Source: Octopus sinensis (lineage: Eukaryota). From it: 64,000 nt of DNA. The stretch lies in the NCBI RefSeq assembly GCF_006345805.1, contig NC_043002.1, positions 81,034,001 through 81,098,000 of the forward strand, written 5' to 3'. This document shows positions 40,288-52,757 of the stretch, one piece after another (position 1 is the stretch's first letter; each line of letters starts with the position of its first letter). Made by a program: the position numbers and the translations under genes. The notes under the pieces were generated by a model. The model was not told the origin of the DNA. It worked only from the letters and a program-made list of their open reading frames with translations, and made no database searches.

Positions 40288-40482
40288 TGGTTTCAAATTT
40301 TGCCACAAAGGCAGCCATTTTGGAGGAGGGCAGAGTCGATTACATCAACCCCAGTGTTCAACTGTAACTTATTTTATCGATCCCAAAACGATGAAAGACG
40401 AAGTCGACCTCGGCGTAATTTGAACTCAAACGTAAAGACGGACGAAATACCACCAAGCACTTTACCCGGCGTGCTAACGATT
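40285..40482 (-). mobile_element. SINE family B between two (TAA)n tracts
   Basis: Family-B reverse complement. Confidence 0.75.
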
Positions 40483-40484
40483 TT

Positions 40485-40539
<55 letters not shown>

Positions 40540-41230
40540 TGTTCATCGTACTCTTCCTTTGTCCACTTATGTCTGTTTTCGCGCACACCGTGTATGTGAT
40601 CTGTTGTGACATAACGACCTTTCGAGACGAGATCACTCCCCCTGATGCGGGCAGTTTCGGACATGCCGAGTAGGAAACCTTCACCATGATCGGCTATAGA
40701 TTCATTCTCGCCGTTAATTCTTTCCTTGTTGTGTTGCATCATGATTTCATGAGTCGTTCGTAGTGTTCCCACGGGAATTGTTATTGAGATGCAATCTCTC
40801 TCTTCCTCTCTTTGTATATTTGTATATACACGTGCACATATATGTGCATACACATAAATAACGTGCTTGCATTGTGTCGCCCCCATAACCACAGAGATTC
40901 TCAATACCACCATCGTTCTATCTATAGCATTTAAAATAGTCAATAATAATACGGGTCCCGGTGTATTGTAGCAGATCTTCATCACTATTTATCGGCAAGC
41001 ATTCTCCTTTCACTCCTTATACAATGGTCTATACTAATCAGTCCTCTGCCACCATTCTTTCTTTTCATATACATTCACTTTACGTTTGCATTTAGCACCT
41101 AATACTATCTTTTGCGTTCCCTGTATGAATGATAATCTAGGGATTATTCTCAACTAATTTTTAGTTCCTTTACTGGTCAATTCAAGTGCTTCCACAATCA
41201 TTGGTTTTGTAACTTGAGAGTAGGGGAAAG
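40540..41230 (-). mobile_element. rearranged R4/Dong-like fragments
   Basis: PMIVEAL..SKGTKN.LRIIP..IQGTQKIVL (C-terminus), a segment highly similar to 42195-42330 (KRKNGGRGLISID), and an N-terminus-like RHKWTKEEY. Confidence 0.6.
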
Positions 41231-41674
41231 ACAAGCCACTTGGTGAATAGACTGAATTCTACAGGTCTATAAACACATTCGGCAGATAGTAAGGAGATCA
41301 GCAGTGGGCATTTCTGTGCGATAAGGAGGCCTCACAGCCTTGGAGTCAGCAAAGGTCAAATGTATTTACTACTACTAGCGATCAATGAGAGCGTTGACCT
41401 TGGTCTTGAAAATAACCAGTTCACCTTGTTCTATTTTTAATTACTAATAGGGAAATAATATATATATATAAAATTAAATAAGGGTAGAAATTGATATTAA
41501 TCAATTAAAACCAGTGGCCGAGCATATTAAAAAAAATCCGAAGATTAAAAATTTTTTACATACAAAATTTAGAGGATTGACCAATCCTCTAAATTTTGTG
41601 TATATATATATATATATATATATATACTGATGTTCACATCGTTGAATTTTTGAATTTTTGATTTTTTTGGAGAC

Positions 41675-43255
41675 GTGGGGTACCGATGTGGGAAGAAAGG
41701 CTCATCATTGAACCATCTTTCTATTTATGGATGACCTGAAATTGTTTTGGAAATCTGAAAAACAGATAGATTCCTTAACCAAAATAGTCCTACTGTGTGG
41801 CAGGGATGTCGACATGGAATTTGGGATCACCAAACGCTCAGTACTTAATATGAAAAGAGGGAAGAAAGTAGCCTGCAGAGGATTGCGGTTACCTCAGTAG
41901 AGACCATGGGTGAACCCAACGGTAGTGGGTTTAGATATTTACGGATTTTGGAGCTGGATGACATTCTACACAGAGAAATAAAAGTGAAGGTCAGCGAGGC
42001 ATATAAAAAAAGAGTGAAGATGGTTTTGAAATCCAGCCTGAAAGCCAAAAATTTGATTACCTCAATGAATATCTGGGCAGTTGCGGTGGTCAGATATAGT
42101 GCGTCCATCCTCAAAAGGACTAAGGAGGAAATATCAACACTGAATAGAAGGACGAGGAAGTTGATGACGCAGCATGGGGCGCTACAACATAAAGCAAACG
42201 TAAACAGACTATATGAAAAGAAAGAATGGTGGCAGAGGACTAATTAGTATAGACCATTGCATAGGGAGTGAAAGGAGAACGCTTGCTGAGTATTTGATAA
42301 TTAGTGATGAAGACCTGCTGCAATATGCCACGAAAGATATGGGTGCAAATGCAGATGAAATGATGGGCAAGGCAAAGTTTAACCAAAGAGCTGAGAAGAG
42401 AAAAGAAAACCTTCTTGAAATGAGAATGCATGGACAGTTTGAAAGGAATACACAAGACGTTAAGTATCATACAACATGGTGGACATGGCTTCAGCGATGG
42501 GATTTGAGCGTACCTGCAAAAGTCTGATCGTTGTTGCACAAGACCAGGCTCTCGCTACCAAATCAGTGAAGTATAACATCTATAAAACTTCTGACACCCA
42601 GAAATGCAGACACTTTGGAAAAAGTGTGGAAAACGGAACCCACTTGATAAGTGGATGTGGGAGCCTTACACAAAAAGAATACAAGCGCCGCCACGATAAA
42701 GTGTTGTATATCTTCATTGGCTCTTATGTCGTAAATACCACTATGAAGTAACAGAGAACTGGTATGAGCATATGTACCAAGTAAAGGTATGCAGAGGGGT
42801 GGAAAAGTAACGATACTCTGGGACTATGATTTTCAGACGGATCGTGTAATCGAACACTGTTGGCCGGATATTGTCATATTGAATAAGAGAGAGAAATACT
42901 GTCAGATGATTGATGTAGTCATACCAAATGACATGAATGTTTTGAGAAAAAAGGTTGAAAATATCACCAAGAGCTCCAAATTGAAAGTGGAAATGACAAG
43001 GCTGTATGGAATGCGAGAGGGTAATGAAAAAGTGATACCAGTGGTGATCGGAGTGCTGGGTTCAATCCCATTGAAACTTCAAGACTTCTTAAGGCAACTG
43101 AAAATCCCATGCAAGATTGATTTCTTGCAAAAAGCAGCTTTATTTGGCACAACGCACACCTTAAGGAAAGTATTATCTCTCTGAGATCCTTTATCTGACT
43201 TGACAGATGATTAAAGACTACGGTGCATTTTTACTTACACTGTGTTACAAAGGAA
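41675..43255 (+). mobile_element. 5'-truncated R4/Dong-like LINE (RT C-terminal half, CCHC, RLE, 3' UTR)
   Basis: LFMDDLKLF, FRYLRILE, VVRYSA, TRKLMTQHGA, GGRGLISI, HGQF, AQDQAL, YKRRHD, WDYDFQTDRVIEHCWPDIV, QKAALFGT; followed by (CAA)/(TAA) arrays. Confidence 0.9.
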
Positions 43256-43367
43256 TAACAACAACTACAACAACAACTACTACAACAACAACAACTACAA
43301 CAACAACTACAACAACAACAACAACAATAATAATACTAATAATAATAATAATAAAAATAATAAATAA

Positions 43368-43409
<42 letters not shown>

Positions 43410-43412
43410 TAA

Positions 43413-43443
<31 letters not shown>

Positions 43444-43455
43444 AATAAAAATAAA

Positions 43456-43531
<76 letters not shown>

Positions 43532-43738
43532 GGGGTTTCAAAGTTTGCCACAAGGGCAGCCATTTTGTGGGAGAGTATGAACTTATTACATCGACCCCAG
43601 TGTTCAACTGGTACTTATTCAATCGATCCAAAAAGGATGAAAGACGAAATCGACCTCGGCGTCATTTGAACTCAAAACGTAAAGACGGACAAAATACCGC
43701 CAAGCATTTTGGCCGGTGTGCTAACGATTCTGATAATG

Positions 43739-43772
<34 letters not shown>

Positions 43773-43816
43773 TAATAGTAATAATGAAAATAATAATTAT
43801 AATAATAATGATGATA

Positions 43817-43884
<68 letters not shown>

Positions 43885-43905
43885 CAGAACGACAACAACA
43901 ATAGT
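43255..43905. repeat. (CAA)n/(TAA)n arrays enclosing a minus-strand SINE B (43531-43732)
   Basis: Directly visible; the 248-aa poly-T/N ORF is an artefact. Confidence 0.9.
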
Positions 43906-44443
43906 CGTTTGGTGAGGAATTGGTTAACACGGCAAGATCCGTCAGCTTATTGAAAAGCTCTACTCGCTTGATTTATATAACCAATATGCCAAAAGCATCC
44001 CATCGTTAATTTTCTCTTTCATATTCTCCTATTGGAATTCTATTGGCTTCATTAATAGTTCTATGTCATCCTTGATATAATTTTCTTATTGCATCGACTG
44101 CCTCTAACATAGTTTCATTTGATATTGTAAGTTTTCTCACTCTCCACTCTACCATGAGGCCCAAATATCGTTCCACGAAAATTCTCGAAAGGAAATACGG
44201 TTGCTTATTATTACTACTACTATTATTATTATTATTATTAATTATTATTATTATTATTATTATTATTATGCGAGTTTGCTTGGAAATTAGTGCGCGCGCG
44301 CGTGCATGTGTATGCACGCGCGTACGCGTATAGTGTTATTCGAGTGTATGATGCATATATATATGCACAATAATGCATATACATATGCACATAATTGCAT
44401 ATATGTATACATATATGTATTAACACCACACACACACACACAC

Positions 44444-44490
<47 letters not shown>

Positions 44491-44641
44491 GTATGTATGT
44501 ATTTATGTAAACATATACATATATAGCTCTAAACACATAATACATAGGTGTATATAAGAATATTATATATATTCTTATATACACATGTATTTATGTGTCT
44601 TGAGGTATGCAATCATATATATATATATGAATATATATATA

Positions 44642-44682
<41 letters not shown>

Positions 44683-44724
44683 ATATATATATTATATATA
44701 TACATATGCATATTACATAACATA

Positions 44725-44778
<54 letters not shown>

Positions 44779-44796
44779 ATATATATATATATATAT

Positions 44797-45025
44797 ATTT
44801 CTTTACTACCCACAAAGGGCTAAACACAGACAGGACAAGCAAGGACAGACAAACGGATGAAGTCGATTACATCGACCCCAGTGCGTAACTGGTACTTAAT
44901 TTATCGACCCCCGAAAGGATGAATGGCAAAGTCGACCTCGGCGGAATTTTAACCCAGAACGTAACGACAGACGAAATACGGCTACGCATTTCGCCTGGCG
45001 TGCTAACGATTCTGCCAGCTCGCCA
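44797..45025 (-). mobile_element. SINE family B, complete copy with LINE-like stem-loop tail
   Basis: Minus: GGCGAGCTGGCAGAATCGTTAGCACGCC...TGTGTTTAGCCCTTTGTGGGTAGTAAAGAAAT. Confidence 0.85.
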
Positions 45026-45649
45026 CGTGTACATATATATATATATATTATATATATATATATATATATGTGTGTGTTTGTGTGTGCATGTATGTATAGT
45101 GAAATCGATCATTAAAAACTAACGGCATTCGTACATTTGGAGACGGTTCCTACCGAGGTGCGTTTGGAAGCATTGCACCAGGAATCTTCCGTTATTTAAG
45201 AGCTTTCGTAGGTTCTCAGTTTCATGCTGTGTGTCTCTACCGATAGAGTGGTCATCTACCACTGAGTGGTCATCGTCCTCTATTAAATAGACAAATGTCG
45301 CAAATATCACATCTGATACGACTTAATGAGCAGCACAATAGCTGTAACCGTAAACAGTCGCACGGATTTACGTATACATGTTTGCATGTGCATGTGCTTG
45401 TACGTCCACGTGTAATGTGTAATATAATACATTCAAACAAACACAAACACGCTTTTCGCACACACACACACTCCGCCTATATGTATATACATTAATGCTT
45501 GCTTTTTTCAGTTAAAACACAAAAAAATTTACATTAACCTGATGGGTTACTCGACACTTCTATTCCAGCGATAGCTTAGCTTGCCAAAACTTCGAAATAT
45601 TGTCAACATTCTCGTATAAGAATAATAAATATGTATGCATGAATATATA

Positions 45650-46030
45650 TATATATTTAATCAGATGTTGGTGCAGGCCACGTTCACATTCACAGCATGC
45701 CAATACTATCCCACGAAGGGGAACCAATCCAGCGTTTAATACCTCTAACACTATATCTGGTCATGATTCAAAGTGCTTCTAATGCCATGTACTGTGGTAC
45801 AAACCTTTTGAAAGTATTGTCGTGCGCAAGCTCTGTCTTATCATCATATCATCACTTTTAAAGACCGGATGCAAACTTGCACATGTTCCGTAATGGTCAA
45901 CGCTGTACATATCTTTCACATATTGGCCAAAGATTCCTCCTACCAGCAATTTCATGACATGGAAATCCAGTCTTCGATAAATCACTCGAAAAATAAGATA
46001 TTTTCTTTTGTCCATTAATTTTTTTCTGTT
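45650..46030 (-). mobile_element. possible highly degenerate R4-like fragment (CCHC/RLE region)
   Basis: Weak motifs LWPICER..TITEHVQVC in a frameshifted translation. Confidence 0.3.
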
Positions 46031-46289
46031 TGGCTCATGTTGAGGGGTTCCTTGAAGCCTTCAAAGTTTACACTATGAGTTGCACGTAAATTTGCCTTTT
46101 TCCTTCAGGAATTGTGACTCTGCTGCCAGCTGTGTGTATAGGGTTACATGTTATTTTTTGTTATATAATGATTTAAATAATTTCCTTTTTTCCAAGCATT
46201 TCAAATCTAGGGTTGTTCGCTGCTTCCATGTTTGTGGGAAGCATCTTCTCCCGCTCATTCAGAATTGGCCATATTACTTTCTGCTCTAG

Positions 46290-46485
46290 TCACTAGGCAC
46301 GAATTTTAGGGGAGGGGCCAGTCGATTAGATCGACCCGAATACACAGCTGCTTAATTTACTGACCACGAAAAGATGAAAGGTAAAGTCAACCTCGACGGA
46401 ATTTGAACTCAGAACGTAGCGGCAGACGAAATACGGCTACGCATTTCGCCCGGCGTGCTAACGATTCTGCCAACTCGCCGCCTTC
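46290..46485 (-). mobile_element. SINE family B
   Basis: Family-B reverse complement ending GCCAACTCGCCGCCTT. Confidence 0.8.
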
Positions 46486-46851
46486 AGAATAGGCCATATT
46501 GAACCACCAACGAGCGAATCAAAATGGTAGTTTCCTAAATCATATATACAATAGAAACGTCTAAAAACCAAAGGTTTTTTTTTTCTTTTACAGCACCAAG
46601 AGTAAACCAGAGAACATTCAAATATCACAATACTCATTGGCAACAAAAATAAAGAAATAACAATAATTTTTTTTCATCAAACTGTCCTGGAAGAATTGAA
46701 CTTCCAATGGAAAACGTGATAGTTTGCACCGAGCAACAATACGAAAAAGATCAATAATTATAATCACGTCACTGCAACAGTAACAACAGTAATAATAATT
46801 TTCACAACAGCAATTATAATCATTGTTGTCGTTATTATCATCAGCAGCATC

Positions 46852-46895
<44 letters not shown>

Positions 46896-47873
46896 TATTA
46901 AGTATTACGACAACAGTAGCAACGATACAATCAATAACGATGACGGCGGCCACGAGGATGACGTTGCTGTTGTTGTTGGTGGTGGTGGTGGTGACGACGA
47001 CAATGATGATGATTATGATGATGATGATGATGATGACATCTCTTTGCAACAAGAATGACGAATGAGAAGGCGTTTACAAGAGTAAACTATAAAAAAAAAT
47101 GGTGCTCACACAGAAGCGATTGCGAATATCTACATAACGACTACATAACAGTATAGTTGCCAACAGAGGGATAACACGTAGCAGTACACGACGCTCTCCT
47201 AAACATGTTTCGTTGGCCTCCAGTTACATGCAAGGGAATAGGAGCATTCTCTCTACTCTTAACCATATTTCAGAAAATTCACCAGAAGGAAGCACCTTTC
47301 ACACCACCATTACTTCCCTCGCACAGCGGTGTTCAGAGAAGTCCTTCTTGAGCACGTTTAACCTTGTTAATTATACAAGCTCTTTCCTTTTATCCAGCAG
47401 ACATGCGCAGCCTACTTATCTTTCCGGTTCAATGTATTCGGCCAGTACTACTTTCAGAAGTAACTGCTAGGCCAAGGATTTCTAGAAATTGTCTTTCAGT
47501 CCTCCAGAATAGGTTATTCCATTGATTTTGGTCGATGGCCAGAGTCATCCCCGGGTATGACATCGTATTTATATACCATTAATATATTATCAAATGCAAG
47601 GGTTGAGAGACCATCGGTTAAATTTCCTGACTGGTAAATAATTGTGAGTACCTGACAACATTCTAGATGTTAGTTATTTTTTGCCTGCATTTGTAACTCC
47701 GAAGTGCAAGTCCGTCGAAGATACAAGCTGTGCGGAAGCGTACCGAACAAGATACCGACTACGTGTTCTTCATGGATCTTTATTAAAAATAATTATTTTT
47801 AACAATTGCAGCGTGGAAGGTGTTTGTAAGCCATTTAAGAAACACACAACAACCATTAGATTCAGCACGGAAT

Positions 47874-47924
47874 TTTGTCAGTGAACAGGTCGCGGTCTCA
47901 AAGCGACGAAAATATTTTGGTAAA
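47874..47924 (+). ncRNA. PLE-type minimal hammerhead motif with swapped G3:C8 core
   Basis: UUUGUCA-GUGAACA-G-GUCGC(GGUCUCAAA)GCGAC-GAA-AAUAUU-U-UGGUAAA: stem I 7 bp (2 G.U), perfect 5-bp stem II, palindromic AAUAUU. Confidence 0.65.
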
Positions 47925-48227
47925 TTAAATTTATATGTTCCAGCACACGATCTCAGATCAGGCTACTTGCTATGCAAGTACATCTCCGTAATTATTTCTA
48001 ACTAGGGCAGAAATGCACATATTTTTTGAAAAGAGCCCAACGATTGAATCACACTCAGTTACTTGATTGGTAGATTTTTGCGCGGTTCCAAAAGAATAAA
48101 AATCAAGCCTGATCTCGGTAGCGTTAGAGAATATAATGTTAAGGGTCATAAATAGATGTAAGGAACTTAATCTGTTGCGCAAGCGCTACTGCCTGTCCAA
48201 CCCATCAAATAGTAATAATAATAATAA

Positions 48228-48415
48228 TCCTTTCTACCGAAGGCACAAGGCACTGAACTTTTTTGCGAGTAGACTAGTCGATTACATCGACCCCAGAGTT
48301 TCACTGGTACTTAATTTATCGACTCCGAGAGGATGAAAAACAAATTAGACCTCGGCGAAATTTGAACTCAGAGCGTAGCAGCAGACGAAATACTGCTAAG
48401 CAGCTCGCCCGGCAT
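48228..48415 (-). mobile_element. SINE family B
   Basis: Family-B reverse complement, between TAA tracts. Confidence 0.75.
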
Positions 48416-48429
48416 TAAAAAAAAAAAAA

Positions 48430-48494
<65 letters not shown>

Positions 48495-48539
48495 TAAGAA
48501 GAAGAAGAAGAAGAAGAAGAAGAAAGAAGAAGAAGAAGA

Positions 48540-48990
48540 ATATCCTATGGGATTTTATGATACAGTGCCACAATGAGATAGAGAATAGGAAACCAGGCAT
48601 AGTGTTAACTGGGAAAGAAAGCAAACGATGCTGGATCATACTTATAGCATACCCTGCTGACAAGAAGGTATGCGGTAAGGAAGTAGAAAAAGTTGCTAGC
48701 TTTAACAGGTTAGCTGGTGGGGGGGGGGGGGTAGTAGTTGCAGTCAGTGAAAAAGACGGTAGTAATACCAATAATTGTCGGAGCCCTGCAAGAAGTGACA
48801 AAAATTTTAATAAGTACACGGAACAAGTAGGGGCTGTAATAAAGGTGAAGCACTCGCAGAAAACAGCACTTCTTGGGACCACTCGAATACTCCGGATGGT
48901 GCTCAATAAATAAGGGATGTTACTTTAGTTCACTGGTAGTGAACAGTTGGCACCGTAGTACATCACCAGAGTTAGAAGCTGTGCAAAGAC
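48540..48990 (+). mobile_element. 5'-truncated R4/Dong-like LINE (RLE, 3' UTR) between (TAA)(GAA)n and (TAA)n
   Basis: ILWDFMIQCHNEIENRKPGIV, KEVEKV, QKTALLGTTRILRMVL. Confidence 0.85.
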
Positions 48991-49585
48991 AATAAATAAT
49001 AATAATAATAATAATGGTGATGATGATGATGATGATGATGATATGGAATGTTAAGTAATTTCTAAGGTTTTTAAGAAATATTTGAAATCTTAAAAAATAT
49101 ATTCTATATATGAAAAACACATCGTTAATTAGTTGAAACAGATTAGAATTAGAATCGAAGTTTTTTGTTCTTTTTTAACATAGATTATCTCTCACTATCA
49201 GGAATTTACATGAAATGAGAAAAAAAAATAGTTCTTTTATTTCTTTTGATTCTTTAGATTCCGTTCTCATTTTTGCGGCTATATAAAAAAAAATGCTAAG
49301 GTGATAGAACTTAAAGGAGAATCTGAAGAGATATCTTTTCAAATTTTTATATGAAATCTGGACAATAAGCCTTTTTTATATGTTATTGCTAATTTTCGTT
49401 TTATCGTGTAATATTTTTCGCTTCCATATATTGTTTATTTTATTTCCTTTTTTCCTTTTTTTCCACTTATTTTTTTTTAACTCTAAAAGTTGAAAATTTT
49501 CATCTCTCCGTGTTTCAATGCTAGTTATTAAAATATTGTTTCACTTTGCACGAGAAGTCAAGATTGTTTCATGCATATAATGATG

Positions 49586-50385
<800 letters not shown>

Positions 50386-50507
50386 AGAAGGCTGCACACA
50401 AGTTTTTTTATTGTTCGGAAATTGCATGAGAATAATTTCAAGTAAATTATATATATATAATATATATATATATATATAATATATACAACATACACACACA
50501 CACACAC

Positions 50508-50550
<43 letters not shown>

Positions 50551-50563
50551 TATATAATATATC

Positions 50564-50596
<33 letters not shown>

Positions 50597-50974
50597 ATAT
50601 ATATATTTATAAATATTTTACATTTAATTTCAATAGATATTCGCTAGAAATCAAAATATATAATAAAATATCGTAATAGTGATAATATTAGTATTAATAC
50701 TGATACTAATAATCATAATAATAAAGAAAGAAAATAAGGAGGACAAAGAAAGAAAAGAATAAGAGATGGCAAGCGAAAAAAAAAGGATAAAAAATAATAT
50801 GTATATCGAAAACGAAACAAATAATTTTCCAAGATGCTGATATGACGTGATTCAATACGTCTTTCTTAACACGGATTGATAAAGTGATCTTCTTTCGTGC
50901 ACAGTTTCTGCTCACGCGCGCTCCGCACACACGAATCCCCAAGATATTTTTACGATCAATATTATTATTATTAC

Positions 50975-51009
<35 letters not shown>

Positions 51010-51105
51010 TATTATTATTATTATTATTATTATTTAATTGTTGATTATTATTATTTGATTATTATTTTTATCATCATCATTATTATTATTATTATTATTA
51101 TTATG

Positions 51106-51141
<36 letters not shown>

Positions 51142-51622
51142 GTTATTATTATTTAATTGTTGATTGTTGATTAGGTTATCTGTATAAAATTGTGCATACT
51201 TAAATAAAAATGCTACGCGTGTTTTTTCGTCCTCACTCTCATCCACCATCCTACACAAATGTTTCGATAGAAAATAATGATTGGGGTGGCGTGGCGTAGC
51301 GTGAGAGGAATGGATTGCGACGGGGAGACGGTATGTGTAACGGAAAAAGAAAAGCTAAGCATCCATTCTCTCTGTTTTTCTTTTCCATTTCATCACCAAC
51401 TTTTTGATTTTCCTTTCTTTCTTTCAGAGAATGATAAAAAGAAATTTATAAACAAACGTAATAAACACAAACAACGAATATAAATGCAAGACTGGAATTT
51501 GTATAAATGTTTAAGAATATCTATATAGCAATCGTTTTATTTTATTTAAAAAATTTTTTCTCAATCAATCTGTCTGTATTCTCTTTCACCCTCCTCTCAC
51601 TTTACACAAACACGCATCCAGC

Positions 51623-51661
<39 letters not shown>

Positions 51662-51840
51662 ATATGCATACGTATGCATGCATATGCATACGTATGTATG
51701 TTTGTGCGTGTTCATGTATGTATACATAAATATGAATATATATGTAAACGTTTACACACACACATACACATATATGTATATATATATATATATTATATAT
51801 AATATATATATATACACATAATATATACACACACACACAC

Positions 51841-51884
<44 letters not shown>

Positions 51885-52757
51885 ACACATACATACATAC
51901 ATACATACATACACAAACAATCATATAGATATATTCGTATGTTCGTATGTGAAAACGTGTATATATGCGAGCGCCTTCAGTATCAGGAATAATATAGTAA
52001 ATAGATAAAACAATATATATATATATTATATATATATATAGGTACATACATAAATATATGTATCTATATATATATATATATCTGTCTATCTATCTCTATA
52101 TACATACATATATACATACATACACATCAAGAGGAAATGGCAAAGAAAGAAATTTAGGAAAAGAGACAGACATACATCTACGCATATGTACGAACATAAC
52201 GTACGTACAATCTGTTTCACTCGTGGTGAATGTAATGAAGAAGTAAAGGATACATCGACAGACAGACAGACAGGTAAATAGATAGATAGATAGGTAGATA
52301 TGTTTCTTTATTAGCCACACAGGGCTGCACACAGATAGAACAAATTACAAGGTAGAGCTTTTCTTTTGAAGGTTTAAAAAAAAAAAATAAAAAAAATAAA
52401 AATTTAAAAAAAAAATAAATAAATAAATAATAAATAAATAAATAAAAAATAAGAAAAAAAAAAATAAAATAAAAATAAAAAAAAAAGGGGGGTCGATCAA
52501 AAGGATCGTAAAAGGAGAGAAAGAGGACAAAAAAAAAGGGGGGAAAAAAAAAGGGGGAGAGGAAAAAATTGATCAATAGGGATCGTTATCACAGAAATGT
52601 CAATATGAAGTGTAAAGGGGGGGGACAGGTGAGGTTTACCCGTGGAAAGAAAAGCCTACGGAAAAGACCACGGTAACCTCGGTCAATGAAGTCACATGTT
52701 ATATTCTCTTTTTTTTTTTTTTGCAAATAAGCAACTCTCTGTATTAATTTTTACGGT

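Noticed and set aside
47200-47580. Less AT-rich segment that might be a TE coding relic
   Set aside because: No diagnostic motif recognised in any frame.
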